A stretch of DNA of 63,347 nt, filler included, from Olpidium bornovanus S191 (Eukaryota > Fungi > Olpidiomycota), in assembly GCA_017911155.1 (NCBI GenBank). It is 30 parts of 30 records of this genome, joined end to end, with 100 filler letters (N's around TTAATTAATTAA, not from the genome) between each part and the next. Parts side by side here need not be neighbours in the genome. Positions count along the whole stretch, not along the records: positions 9,731 to 12,864 come from JAEFCI010006498.1; positions 12,965 to 14,633 come from JAEFCI010001058.1; positions 14,734 to 17,479 come from JAEFCI010004874.1; positions 17,580 to 18,758 come from JAEFCI010010960.1; positions 18,859 to 21,002 come from JAEFCI010001518.1; positions 21,103 to 26,304 come from JAEFCI010001988.1; 24 more parts are not named here. The stretch is one strand, 5' to 3'. The first letter of the stretch is position 1, and the number at the start of each line of letters is the position of its first letter. Positions 9,941 to 22,757 of the stretch are shown one piece after another. The position numbers and the translations under genes are program-made. The notes below the pieces were generated by a model. It was given only the letters and a program-made list of their open reading frames with translations, did not search any database and was not told the DNA's origin.

Positions 9941-12864
9941 AGCATTTCCAAAGCGCGGTGGCTAGTGGTGGCTTTGGCGCTGGCGGCGTTTGCCGCAGGG
10001 GCAGCTGCCGTAGTCACGACCCCGTCCGCTGCGGATCCGCAGGTTCTGGTATTTTTTGAAATGTAAGCTGGAGCCCGGAAGCAAACAACCCAGCTGCACC
10101 GCCAAGATCTGCTGAGCGGGTTCCCTACGTTCAGACCACACGCAGACACGGGCGGTGCAATTCCGCCTTTTGCGAGCCTTATTATCGAGGGGTGTCGAGC
10201 CTCCCAAGCCGTTTTCCGGGGCGACGCAGACCGATGCAACGTCGTCAGCTGGGATAAGTTGCCTTCGATGGACGAAGTGTTCCAGATCATCCAGGATCCT
10301 CCCGTGTACGAGCATGTGGGTGCTCCAGGACGGAGGTTTTTTTTTATTCCTTTTTTTGTCTTTTTTTTTTCTCTCTCTTTTTTTTCCTTTGTTTCTTCTC
10401 TTTTTTTCTTTTTTTTTTCTTTTTTTCCTTTTTTTTCTTTTTTTTCTTATTCTTATTTTTTTTTTCATTGTTTTTTTTGGGGAAGGGGGAAGGAAATGAT
10501 CAGCTTATTATCTTTAGACACCGCAATCGCACGGTTATGATCGCGTCTACAGATCATTTTGGCAGGGTACCAATGGCAATCCTACGCGGAAGCGTTGGAC
10601 GCTCGGTACGCGACCCGCGCGACGTTCTCCATAGTCGACGCCGGCATCGAACAGCCGCTGTCTTCCTTTCAGGGCATCATGTTCGCGGAAGACCAGCTCG
10701 GTTTTCTTGCCGGCGTGGTCGCCGGCCTGTTCACCCGGACGAAACGCGTCGGGGTCGTTCCCGGAATTCCCATTAAGGTCATTTGGAGGTTCAGAAACGG
10801 ATACCTCAAAGGGGTTCATCATTCTTGTCCGGATTGCGACACGTACGGCGACTACGTGCCGAGCTTCACGAACTCCGCTTTAGGAATTCAAGCCGCGCAA
10901 AGTGATAATTTTTTTTTAAGCATAGCCTGGTGACAAAGCTGCGCGCAGGCATCAGACAGTGCTGAGGCAAACACACCCGCCTCCTTTCCCGCATTCCCTT
11001 TTTTTTTGACTCAGAACTATTGCAGCAGGGCGTCGACGTCATTTTCGGCGCGGCAGGCGGCACAGGCTCCGCGGCCATTTACTGGGCGGCGACCAGTGGG
11101 ACCCGTGTGATCGGGGTGGATGCTGTCAGTTCCTTCGGGTTCCCTATGAGCGAGCCGCCATCCTGAGACCCCGGGCGCTGATTTTAGCGTAAACGACGCG
11201 ACCGGTTTCAGGACGAAAGCCTTTCCACGTTTAGCAACAGGAGTAACCCCGTAACAGCAGCGGCTCGGGCAAATTTGCTCACCAGCGCGCGGAAACGGCT
11301 GGACCTCGCTGTGTACGGGACCATGCAAGACCGATACGAGAAAAAGGTGAGGATCCCGCGGGCAAACTCCGTATTTTGCCGAGTGACTCTTCGAACATTC
11401 ATCACGGCACCTTCATCATCTTTGTTAACAAGAATCTAAATGACATGCGCCCCTTTCGCGCAGTTTGTCGCTTCAAACAAATTATATGACGTCAGTTTGA
11501 GCGGAGTGGACTTGGCACCGTGCATACCGGAAGTCTGCGAGCTGTACAACTATTCTACCGTCGAGTCCACTCCGTCGGCGACCGGGTGTCCGGTAACGTC
11601 CATCGTCAGCAAACAATTGTACATAGACCATGTCTTGGCCAAGTTTCGGACGTCCACGCTGACCACGGGGGTCGTATACGACACCGGCGAACTCGTCGAA
11701 CTATCGGTCGACGGTGAGCATCAGGGGAGAGACGGTTTTTCGGACTCCCCGCCAACGCTCCCACCCCCCTCCCATTTTCCCCCTCCCCCTCCCCTTTTCC
11801 TCTCAGATCAATACTGAAAACGGTAGCCGGCCCTGCAGCAATCGACAAATGGAAGTCCCTGACTCCGTTCGGCGAGCGGCCGCGCAACCTGATTTCCCAT
11901 TCGTTCACGTCGGTGACGGGAAACCGGATGATCGTTTTCGGAGGAAGTCGCGACGGGGTGGTCAGCGGCGACACGTACCAGCTGGACTTTGGTGCGCACC
12001 AGCTTTTTCTGTTTCGCGCCAGTCCATTTTTTGTTCTTTCTTCTTTTTTTTTTTTTTTTTTTGCATTGCATTGCATTGCATTACATTGCACCGAGGGCCC
12101 GCGCCTAGCTTAAAATTTCTTTGGAAAAAAAAAAAAAAAAAGACAATTACGAGTGGCGGCGCATTGACACCACCGCCGGACAACCGTCTCCGCGATACAG
12201 TCACGTCGCGGTTGGCTGGAAGGACTCTGTGGTTATTCAGTATGTGAGGTGGAGGAGAATGCGACTTTTCTGCCGTCGCTGCCCGCTCCCGGGCCGCTCT
12301 GACGTTTCGGGCTGTCGTTTATGCAGCGGTGGTTTAGATGCCAAAAACAACGTGCTCGATGACATATGGCTCTACAACTCAAGTATTGTTGATTGTGGTC
12401 TGCTTTTGCCGCCCGGGGGGGGGGGGCTCGACAGATTGACTCATTACATCGTCCGGCTCTTTAAACCAGCCACGGCTCAGTGGAGCTTCCTACAGAACAG
12501 CACAGTACACCGTGCTCGCCACGCAGCCGCGATCGTCGGTGAAACTGCATACCTATACGGTTGGTGACAGACCGGCCACAGTCCTCACCCTGAAGGCGGC
12601 CCCGTTTTCCCGTTTGAGCCAGACGTCGGTCGGCCCTCTGACGCATTGTTACCGCAGGAGGGCTGACGGAGTCCAACGTGCTGAGGGGCGGTGAGAATTG
12701 CTGCTGCAGGATCTGGTTTGTCGACGTTAAGCGTCCGTTGATTTTTTTGTTTTTTTCTGTTTTTTTTTGTTTTTTTCTGTTTTTTTTTTTTTTGCCTCAG
12801 ACTTGGTGACAGTTGATATTCCGTCAATGACGGTGAAGCCAATAATTGCGAGCGGGGATATTCC
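9941..12864 (+). CDS. Signal-peptide-like segment + BMP (Bmp/Med/PnrA-type) solute-binding domain + kelch repeats; multi-intron, partial at both ends
   Basis: Hydrophobic WLVVALALAAFAAGAAA at about 9959-10009. BMP motifs: FAEDQLGFLAGVVAGLFTRTKRVGVVPG, LLQQGVDVIFGAAGGTGSAAI...VIGVDA, NLLTSARKRLDLAVY, GVDLAP. Kelch motifs: SHSFTSVTGNRMIVFGG, PSPRYSHVAV, GGLDAKNNVLDDIW, RARHAAAIVGETAYLYGG. Exons can be joined in frame through GT-AG introns. Confidence 0.8.
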
Positions 12865-14828
12865 NNNNNNNNNNNNNNNNNNNNNNNNNNNNNNNNNNNN
12901 NNNNNNNNTTAATTAATTAANNNNNNNNNNNNNNNNNNNNNNNNNNNNNNNNNNNNNNNNNNNNATTCAGCATTTCCAGGACAGCGCTGCATTCGTCAGG
13001 CCGTCGACGGCGGCCGTGCTCATCTCGTCTCAGGCACCACGCCGAGCGGGCCAAGGACAACCCGGCTCTTGTCTTCCATCGCATGTCAACGTGACCATGG
13101 GCCTTGGACAAGTCTGTTTTCTCGACGTGAAGGAGTGTTCATACGTTTCTGTTTCTTGGAGGGCAACTGCGCTTGCCGGCAGAGGGCGGACGAGATTCTG
13201 TGGGATGCCACCGCCATTCTGGAGGACCGATAAAAACTTATGAACGATGTCCTCGTTAACCTGTCGTCACATGCGGAGTTCGTTGTAAGTCGCTGCCCGC
13301 TAATTTTTACGCACAATATTGTGGGCCTGGCCCTCGTCATCCTCGGTTGGGGTGAGGGGATACGGGCGTGTCGAGCACAAGATGGACGCGCTGGGCTTCG
13401 ATGCCCTCCAGCGTCGGCCACCCCTCCGGCCCAACACCTCGCATGTCTGCATTGCATGCATGTCCCGTCCCGCGAGCGAGTAAATCGTTGTCGGGATCGC
13501 CTTCGCGAAAGCGTAACTGTCGTTGCTGCATCTTTGTTGGTGTAGTTCCCGTTGGTTTTCATCCAAGAAGTATGAATCCACGTCGCATTCCGCCTATCAG
13601 CCCCTTTCCTTTGGGTCCTCCATATCCAGTTATACCCCTCTAAGATGGATATTTTTTTCGCAGTGTTAAAATGCGCACACATGTCCCCCCTCTGCGAGAT
13701 TATAGACCCCTCGTTTTCCGCCGCCAACACCGGCGTCCGGAAGCCAGAACGCACACACAGCGCAATACTACAACGTTTTAGACCAGCTATCAGCGTCACC
13801 TCGCTCACAATCGTCCTCATTTATTCACCTTATCTGTACCATCACCATGGCATCCGACTACTCGAGGTTTGCCGCTGCTGTGACCGTGACTGTCGCGCCA
13901 CAAGGGGCGAAACGTAAACTGAAACAAAGGGGGTTGCAGGGCACCGCGCCCACTAGAGATTTGCCCCTGAATTGCTCTCTGTAAAAGCGGGTAGAACGCC
14001 TGAATAGAACAGCTCCTCGCGAGCTTTTTCTGCCCATTCCCGGCAGTGACCCCGCCTTCTCCCCCCCCCCCCCCCCCCCCCAAACCCCCCCTTTCCCCCC
14101 CCCCTCCCCCCCCCCCCCCCACTCCGTCAAAACCTCGCTTTCTCCGCCCTTGCGTCGGACGGCGAGAACTTCTTGGTACGACCTCTCAAAGCCAAGGTAC
14201 AGTTCTTTGCCGATCAGTGCCTGGGAGGGGGTTCCAGACGGACAGATTTGCTAATGCGAACGCGTTACTCCATACGAAGTACCAAGGAATCCAGCAGCTG
14301 CGGTATTATTTAGACGCCACCAGGCACAGCACCTGGAGCTCGAGGATGCCTCAATGTTCTGGGCTGTCTTTGTTGTTAGTTTGCGTTGTGTATTTTGGTG
14401 TGTGAGAGAGGACGGCGCTCGTATCTACTAATACCAACATCCCCCCCCTTGAGCGGCGATATAAAAGTATGGGGCAAAGAGAAACATTTGGTAATACAAG
14501 AAGGCTGAGAGAAAATGGAAAAAGGGAAGAGAGGGAGATGTTCAAAAAATGGTGAAGTTATGTACGGTAAACGCGTTGAAGGCGCGGAGAAACATTGAGA
14601 ACTTAGCATTTGCTTGTGTGCGACCATCCATGGNNNNNNNNNNNNNNNNNNNNNNNNNNNNNNNNNNNNNNNNNNNNTTAATTAATTAANNNNNNNNNNN
14701 NNNNNNNNNNNNNNNNNNNNNNNNNNNNNNNNNCGGCGGGGTGCGTCTGAATGCGTCGATGACGTCGAGGTGCGCCGTTGCGGCAGCCGGGGGAAAAAAA
14801 AACAAAAGATCCGCTAACCATTTCGCAG

Positions 14829-16852
14829 ATTGCGAAGACGGTTCATCTTCATGGGCTTTCTCAACGCGATCTTTGCTCCGTTTATCGTCGTGTACCTCCT
14901 TATGTTTTTCTTTTTCCGATATTTTGAGGTGAACTTAGGCACAACGAAAATGTTCGGCCGCCGTCCCTTCCAGCTTTCCGGCTAATGAATCAAACGTGCT
15001 TTAATCCGCGCAGGAATTCTACAAGAACCCGTCTTCTATTGGATCCAGGCAGTACTCGCCGATTGCCAGGTGGAAGTTCCGGGAGTTCAACGAGTTGCCG
15101 CATTATTTCCAACAAAGGCTGAACCACAGCTACGAGAACGCGATGAAATACATGAGCCAGTTTCCGCAGGAGAAGACTGCAATCATAGCGAGGTGCGTTA
15201 CGGAGGCGCGCACCAGCGTTCCCTAGAAGGTCGAAGTTCTCAATTGATTTGGTCTCCCTGTCGTCGAAACGCCGTTTCGAAGATTCCTTGCTTTCATTGC
15301 CGGATCCTTTGCCGCCGTCCTGGTCGCCGTCACGCTGTACGACCAGGAGCTCCTGCTCGGTTTTGAGCTATCCCCGAACCACACGGTATTTTTCTACATA
15401 TCCGTCTTTGGGGCCGTGCTGGCCGTGGCGCGGTCGCAGATCCCCAGGGAGAACGAGGTTTTCGAGCCGGAGCGCTATCTGCAGCTCGTCGTGGAGAGCA
15501 CCCACTACCTTCCGGACGAGTGGCGCGACCGGATGCATACCGAGGCCGTGCGTAGGGAGTTCGGTTCGCTGTTCGAGTTCAAGGTGCTCATCTTTTTCCG
15601 CGAGCTCCTCAGCGTCCTGGCCACCCCCTGGATCCTGTGGTTCTCACTACCATCTTGCAGCGAGGTGTGTGTGTGTGTATGTGCGCGCGCGCGCGTGTGT
15701 GGAAAAAGAAAGCGTCTTTTTCGGGTTGTCGAACGTGGTAAACTGACAAAAGCGCCGACTGACCGCGGGACGGCAAACGATTTACCAACGACCTCCCGCA
15801 GAAACTCGTTGATTTTTTTCGCGAATTCTCCGTGCACGTGGAAGGCGTTGGCTACGTGTGCTCCTTTGCCGTCTTTGATTTCCGGCGCCACGGAAACGCC
15901 CGCTACGGGGCTCCAGCCGTGGCCGGGTCTGAGAGCGAGAGGTTGCAGTCAAAGTACGGCAAGATGGAGAAGTCGTTTGTCAATTTCAAAGTGAGCGCGC
16001 AGTGCCTGTCGCCGCACGCTTCGCGTGTGTCGAATTTCGGCTGACAGCTGGGCGCGGCTTTCGCCAGATCAACCACCCGGAATGGCTGCCGCAGGACGAG
16101 GCCGGGTCATTATACCTGAGGTAAGGTATCGAAATGAGTCGCGGCGTGGATGGGGTCGGTTGTTTTTTATTTTTGGGTCCTCCAACATCATCGAAACACC
16201 GCCTGCTGACTCCAACGGGGCCTTGCCGCGCAGCCGTTTGAACGACTTCAGCCGGCAGCAGCGACCAAAAAGACCGTCGGAGCTAGGACAACACGGGCCG
16301 GAAACGGGCGATTTGGCGGCGAGCGTCGCGGACCTGGACGAGCTGCACGCGAGTTTGGTACTGTCTCCAGCGCAAGAGCGGGCCCCGCGGCGACAGGCGC
16401 ACCAGCCGCACAGCGCGAGCCTGGCCCGCTCTTCCGCGGCGCGGCAACCGCCGCCGCCGCCGCCGCCGCATGCCTACCCGGCCCCGACGCGCTTCGCGGA
16501 CCCGGCGCCGTCGCCGTCGTCGGCCGGCAGCGACAGCGGCGGTTCGGCCGCATCGCTGAGCGAGGGCGCGGCGGCCCGTCTGCGCGCGTACGCGGGGCGG
16601 ACAGACGGCATCATCATGCCCAGCCTGTACCTTTCCGCCGCAGCCGCGGACGCCGCCCGGCTGCGCGGTTCCCCGCCGGCGCCCGCAAGGGAACAGGCCG
16701 CGGCGGCGGCGGCGGCGGCCGGGCGTGACCTCACGTCCGGGTCGTCGCAACAGGGACTGTCCGGTTCGGCCGAAGGGGCCAGCGGGGCGGGTAGCGGGAG
16801 AGAAGGGATGCTGGCTCTGCTGAACCAGGTGCGTCGCCCCCGTCCCGGATAA
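14829..16852 (+). CDS. ATG9: Autophagy lipid scramblase Atg9; spliced, 5'-partial, last exon uncertain
   Basis: [33 protein letters not shown]|[32 protein letters not shown]..., HYLPDEW...[43 protein letters not shown]. Confidence 0.95.
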
Positions 16853-17363
16853 ATTCTGTGCGCGACGCGCGATAAAAAATGTTTTCACCTTGGGGACAAA
16901 GCGCGCTATTTTCTAACGTTAGTTCCTTTTATTAACGACGAAAAAAAAAAAAAAATTCGCCGGTTCAAGTTCTACGATATGAATCAACCGCCGCGAACGT
17001 GAAAAAGTCAAAAAAGGAGGGGGGATAAAAAAAAAAAGCAAAAATCTTAACCGCCCGAATTCGCAAATGCCCGCCCTAGAGCTCTTTCCCCCCAACACGC
17101 CGCTTCGCCTCCACTTCCACCCCCTCCCCCCCCCGCCCCCCCGCGCATACGCCATTATCTCGTGTCTGCGTGTAATTATCCTGTGTTTACCCGCATCTCG
17201 TGAAGGGACGGGGGAAGGGGGGGCGGGAGAGAAAGGACACCCCCTGTAAACCGCCAGCTATTCCCTCCCCCACCCCCACCCTCCCCCCACCCAGGCCGAA
17301 AACTCCAGAAACAAAAGAAAAAAAATAAATTTCCGCAAAGCGAACATCCATCCACACACCCCG

Positions 17364-17479
<116 letters not shown>

Positions 17480-17834
17480 NNNNNNNNNNNNNNNNNNNNN
17501 NNNNNNNNNNNNNNNNNNNNNNNTTAATTAATTAANNNNNNNNNNNNNNNNNNNNNNNNNNNNNNNNNNNNNNNNNNNNAACAACAACACTAACAAAAAC
17601 AACCCGCTCACAACCCGCACAACGCGGGCCCCGCGAAAAAAAAAAAAAAAAACAACCCCGCGCCCGCGAGGAAAGAAGAAAAAAAAAAAAAAAAAAAAAA
17701 AACCCCCCCCCCCCCCCCCCCCCCCCCCCCACCCCCCCCCCCCCCCCCCCCCATTTTGCGGCTCCCCTACAGCTCCCCGCAGCTCTCACGTCGCGGCCCC
17801 GCCCGCGTTTCGTGCTTTGCGCGGCCAAGCAGCC

Positions 17835-18651
17835 ATGTTCAAAAAAACCCTGGGCAGGTTCATGAAGCGCCCCGACTGGACGGTTTCCGGGACCGTGCTC
17901 CAGACCCTGAAGCACGCCCAGTCCGTCTTCCAGGAGTACGCCGCCCTGAAAGACCTGTGCGCCGGCCGAGCCGCCCGCCCCGCCCCATCCGCCCTCACCC
18001 CGGTCCCGCGCGTCGACGCGCGCCGCTTCGCCGACGCGGCGGGGCTCGAGAAGCACGTCGAACGGCACGTGCTGGATGGCGGCCTGCCCCTCGTCCTCGA
18101 AAACGCCCTGGACGCGTTCGGACTGGACCGCGGCATCGTCTCGGCGGACGCGCTCGTCGCCAGGGTTGGCGACAAAGGTGAGTGCGCGAAAAAGAAAAAG
18201 AAAAAAAAAAAAAAAAAAAAAGCCCCGGCGCCCTCCCTCCCTTCTCCCGCTTTCGCATTTCCGGGAAGCGAACGCAAAAAACGTAGCAACGGGACACACC
18301 CTGCCTGCCGGGTTCGCGCCCGTCGCGACGCTGTGTCAATCTAACTCGACCGCTTCCCGCGTCGTCTGTTTCGCGAACGACAGAGATCTCCGTCCGCGAC
18401 ATGCGGACCTGCGCGGATCGCGACGGGTGGACTGTCGCGCGGCTTCTTGGCCACCTGAGCCAGAAGCGCGACCGGCGGTCGCCCAAGGACGTCTACGGGA
18501 AGGATATCCCGGCAGACGCATGCCTCCTCGCGGAGCTGCGCAAGCTGCCGGGATTCCTGCACCCCGACGGTCCCGGCGATCTGCTGGGGTACGCGCCGCG
18601 GGAGTTCAAAACGGAACACGTGATGTTGTACATCGGCGCGGAGCGCACTTG
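17835..18651 (+). CDS. Fungal JmjC-domain protein, N-terminal part; spliced, 3'-partial
   Basis: ...HVLDGGLPLVLEN...|EISVRDMRT...VYGKDIPAD...LPGFLHPDGPGDLLGYAPREFKTEHVMLYIGAERT. This resembles the LYxKD...DL...NLMCYIG segment that precedes the His ligand in fungal JmjC proteins; the metal ligands lie beyond the contig end. Confidence 0.6.
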
Positions 18652-19003
18652 GTAAACGAATTTTTTTTTTAGTTCTGTGCGGTCACGGAAAACCAACGCC
18701 GCGGGGCCGACGGCCGCACGGCCGAGGTTCGTGCGAACGAGGCAAATTTGCGATCATGNNNNNNNNNNNNNNNNNNNNNNNNNNNNNNNNNNNNNNNNNN
18801 NNTTAATTAATTAANNNNNNNNNNNNNNNNNNNNNNNNNNNNNNNNNNNNNNNNNNNNAAAAAAAAAAAAAAAGAGAGAGAGAAAAAAAAACCGCCACGC
18901 CCCACCACTCCCGCCCCCGCCGCCATCTCCCCACACCGAGCGAACCTCCCGAGCAACCCTCCCGAGTGAACGTGCCGAGCGGCCAGCGAGCGGCCAGCGA
19001 GCC

Positions 19004-20934
19004 ATGGCCACCGCGAGACAGGCGCCGCCCCCGCCCCTGCCGAAAAGGGCGGCGCCGGGGGAGATTGCTGGCGGCGAAGCCGCCGCCACGTCGATCTTCC
19101 GTGGCAAAGGGAGGGCGGACGGCGGCGTGGCGAGGTCCGGCGCGGCAAGCAAGGGTGAGAGGAGGCACAGAGAAAGAGAGAGCGAGAGAGAGAGAAAGAA
19201 AGAGAAAGAAGGAGAAAGAGGGAGAACCGGAGACAAGCGAACGCGCGCCCGCCCGCGCGCGGGAAACTGGTCTTTCCAGCCACCTCGTTCGGCCGCGTCA
19301 GGGGGTCCGCATACCAGTAGAGACCGCAGGCGTGAAAAAGCCTTAGAGCCCAGGTGGTATCTGACGTTTCGAAAGCTCGCCCTTGACGTTCGCAGCAGGC
19401 GTCTTGCCACCAACCTCGCTCCCGGGAAACGAGCAGGCGCCGCCGCCGCTGGCGCCCCGGCCGTCGCTCGGCCCGAGGCTGGCCGCCCCGAGCGCGCGGC
19501 GTCCGGCTGAAGACCCCGGCGGCGCGCCGGAGAGGACGGGAAAGCTGAACGCACAGTTGCTGGCCGGCTTCGAACGCCAGGCCGCGGAGACCCTCTCGCG
19601 CTCGGCGTCGGTTTCCAGCCTCTCGTCGGGCGGCGGCAGCTCAAAGCCGCCGGCCAAGCCGGCCAAGCCCCCGGCGCTCAGGGGCGGCGACGCACAAGTG
19701 CCCTCGCCGACCGCGCCCCGGTCGCCGGAGCTGGTCCGGTCAATCGAGGTCCAGGCGCCGCCGCAGTCTTCCGCGACGCCCCCGGCGTCCACCCCGCCGT
19801 TGCTGCCCCGCCGAACGCCGAAACCGGAAGTCGGGAGCGACGCGGCCGCGGACAAACCGGCGCCCCCCGTGCTGCCGTCGCGCCCGACCTCGCGGGTCGG
19901 GTCGCCCGCCGCCGGATCTCAAGCCGCGGCGCCGTCGCTGCCGGCCCGCAAGAGTGCGCCGTCCGCGGAGCCGACGCCGGCGTCTTCGGGGCCTTGCAGT
20001 CCGGTGCAGGCGCGGCCCGGTGACTCGGTCCTCTCGGGGGCTAGGGCAAAGGTGTGGCCGCCCCAAACTTTCCAACTTGCGACTCTCCGGTTTGTGCGGA
20101 GAAGGAAAAGGGGGGGTGGGCCGTGAGCTGGAAGGCCGTCCGCCGCTCATCCTTCGCGCGGCCCGGTAAAACCCTTTTCTCCCAGGTAAAGGACTTTGCG
20201 CAGGCTCAGGCCGCGAAGGCCGCCTCTGCTTCGGTTTCGGCCTCGTTCGCGCAGGGGCGCGCGGAGCTCGACCAATCGCGCTACGGCAAGATCGCCAACA
20301 AGCTCCCGGGCAAAGACCGCGCTCTCGGGGCTGCGGAAACTGCGGCGAAACGGCACGCGGAAGCCCACGCGTGCCAAGCCGCGAGCGACATTGTCGACGA
20401 CCCGGCCGCGGCGTACCGCGCGGGGGCGGCCGCCTACGACGGCCGCCATGCGGGAGGAGAACCCACACCGGCCGCCGCCGCGCCTTTGATTGGAAGCAGA
20501 GCACCGCCGCGGCCGGCGGCCCCCTCGCTGCCGTCGCGATCCGCAATTTCAACCGTCACGCAGCGGCCGATTCCCCCGTCGCTGCCGTCGCGGGCCCAAA
20601 GCGTATCCGTCACGCCGCATGCCGGAGCCGGCTTGGTGACCGCAGGCGCCACGCAGACCGCCCCAGGCATACCCCCGGATTGTCGAAAACGCTACGAGGA
20701 GGTATTCGACGCGAACCGCTCGGACTCCAGCGAGTATCTCTCGGGTAAAAAGCTTTTTACCGCAACCCTTCCGCTCCTGCCCGGATGTCCTTTTTTTTGT
20801 TTCCTGCGATTCGGCTAGCAGGACAAATCGTCTAACCCGGCGGGATCCACGGTGCCGTGAACGACTGCAGGCACCGAGGTGAAGGCGATCTACATTCGAA
20901 GCGGCTTGGATACCGTGATGCTGAGCAAAGTCTG
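19004..20934 (+). CDS. Proline-rich protein with C-terminal EH domain (IRS4/TAX4-like); spliced, 3'-partial
   Basis: PxxPxR-rich exons followed by IPPDCRKRYEEVFDANRS...LSG|TEVKAIYIRSGLDTVMLSKVW, the EH-domain pattern found at the C-terminus of Irs4/Tax4-type proteins. Confidence 0.7.
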
Positions 20935-21102
20935 GTGCGTTTTCTTTGTTTGGAGTGGACGAGGAGACGGAGATGGGGGAAGATGTGGGGAAGGAAGGGG
21001 GGNNNNNNNNNNNNNNNNNNNNNNNNNNNNNNNNNNNNNNNNNNNNTTAATTAATTAANNNNNNNNNNNNNNNNNNNNNNNNNNNNNNNNNNNNNNNNNN
21101 NN

Positions 21103-21375
21103 CATGCGAAGTGATTCCTTGCGACCATCCGGGCTTGTAGCTTGTATACTGGTGAGCGACTTGACTGACAGTCTATTCAGTTGACGTTTTAGGGTATTAA
21201 CTTGTGCCTTGAGTATGTTGTTCACCTCCTCAACTGGAAGAGCTGAGGGTGGTGAACTTGTGCCCGGAATGGTAGGGATGGTGTCGGCGCCGGCCAGTCT
21301 TCCTGTAGAGAAAATCGCGGCGCTGCTGGGCTTGCTTGTGCTGGGATGGGCAGGCGGGTCCTGATCAAACGGCAT
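21103..21375 (-). mobile_element. Possible retroelement Gag-like N-terminal ORF running off the contig
   Basis: Intronless P/S/T-rich ORF with a short coiled-coil (VEEVNNILKAQVNTLKRQLNRL) in a transposon-rich contig. No diagnostic motif. Confidence 0.25.
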
Positions 21376-21625
21376 ATTGTGGGCGGTATGTGGTCAGCTG
21401 TAACAAATCTGTTATCTGTTACACACAGAAGAGTGCTATCAAGGAACAGATTCAAAAGACTTGTGTGATTTCTAGCTAGATCTGGATCGAGATGTGTTCG
21501 GGAACGCGGGTTCTGGGAAAGTTCTATATCTTTCCATGCTGATTACGATGTATACAGCCTTTATATATGCCATAAACGAGCCCTGCTCGACTACGGGTCT
21601 TGGCGTTTGGGTGCCGTCATTTTTC

Positions 21626-21801
21626 GGCGTGCCCTTGCGTGGTTCTTGTGCAATTGTGCACCTTGTGCGCCACGTTACGCATGGGACGTCTCGTTTCTGC
21701 GCGCTAATTGTGTTTTGGCGTGCCCATGCGTGGTTCTTGCACGCTTGGGCGCCTTGTGCGACGCGTTACGCATGGGGCGTCTCGTTTCTGCGCGCTAATT
21801 G
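21626..21801. repeat. Two-copy diverged tandem repeat, period 91 bp
   Basis: ggcgtgccc(t/a)tgcgtggttcttg...gttacgcatggg(a/g)cgtctcgtttctgcgcgctaattg starts at 21626 and again at 21717. Confidence 0.85.
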
Positions 21802-22202
21802 GCTGCAGAGACGCCATTGACTATTTCCATTGGCCAGAGTCCCATGCGGGACTCCTCGCGGGCCTTTTTTGTGCACGACTCGGATACGGGCGCGGCCGTA
21901 TCAAGAATGGCTAAAACAGCGCCCGCAGCGCATAGGGCGCGAGCGTATCGAGGCTGTTAGGTGCCGCACACTCGCTACTGTGACAGCGGCAGCTGTGGCC
22001 GCCGGTGAGCAGCGGCGGGCGGCGGGCGATGGCTGCGAGCGGCCGGTGAGCGGCGGTGAGCTGCCGGTGGGCGGCGGGTGTGGCGGGGATGAGAGACGGA
22101 GCCGGTGAGCAGCGAACGGTGTCATTTGGTTTTCCGCCTTCGTGTTTTGTATTTTTCCACAGCAGGGGTTTTCTCGTTGTCCGCGATTACAGGACATATA
22201 TG

Positions 22203-22484
22203 ACGACACCCCACACACCTCGAGGAAACGCCGGGAAACCAAGGAAATCCGAAGAAAAAAACAGGAAAACCTGTAGAAAAACGTGCATATATAGTAGAAA
22301 TTGACTTGGTGGAAAATTCTGGTGGAAGTGAGAAAGAAAGAAAACGACACCCCACACACCTCGAGGAAACGCCAGGAAACCAAGGAAATCCGAAGAAAAA
22401 AACAGGAAAACCTGTAGAAAAACGTGCATATATAGTAGAAATTGACTTGGTGGAAAATTCTGGTGGAAGTGAGAAAGAAAGAAA
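22203..22484. repeat. Near-perfect 141-bp tandem duplication
   Basis: Copies at 22203-22343 and 22344-22484; I see one substitution (gccggg vs gccagg). Confidence 0.95.
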
Positions 22485-22637
22485 TGTGCGGGAAAGGAAG
22501 AATGTGCTAAACGACCATTTTCGGCCGTGAGCGGCCGAAAAAGCAAAAAAGCGGCGCCGTAGTCCTTCTCCTTCATCATCTGTGTCACCGGACTCCATTA
22601 CTGCCTGTGCCGTCGCGTCCGGGTCGTCCGCCTGACG

Positions 22638-22724
22638 CATCCCAAGCTTGTTGATGGCGTCAACAAACTTGATTTTTGAGAGCGGCTTGGTAAAGGTGTC
22701 GGCGATGTTGTTGGCGGTCCCCAC
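22638..22724 (-). mobile_element. Ty1/copia Pol C-terminal (RNase H tail) remnant
   Basis: VGTANNIADTFTKPLSKIKFVDAINKLGM matches the copia terminal motif xTxxNxADxxTKPL...F...LG. Confidence 0.75.
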
Positions 22725-22757
22725 GGACAGCCCGCACCGGCCCTGGAAGAATCTGTT

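Noticed and set aside
13086-13820. 244-aa minus-strand ORF with a CxxCxHxxC-like segment, and alternative spliced readings
   Set aside because: Several frames are equally plausible and I recognise no family. A gene may exist but I cannot support a call.
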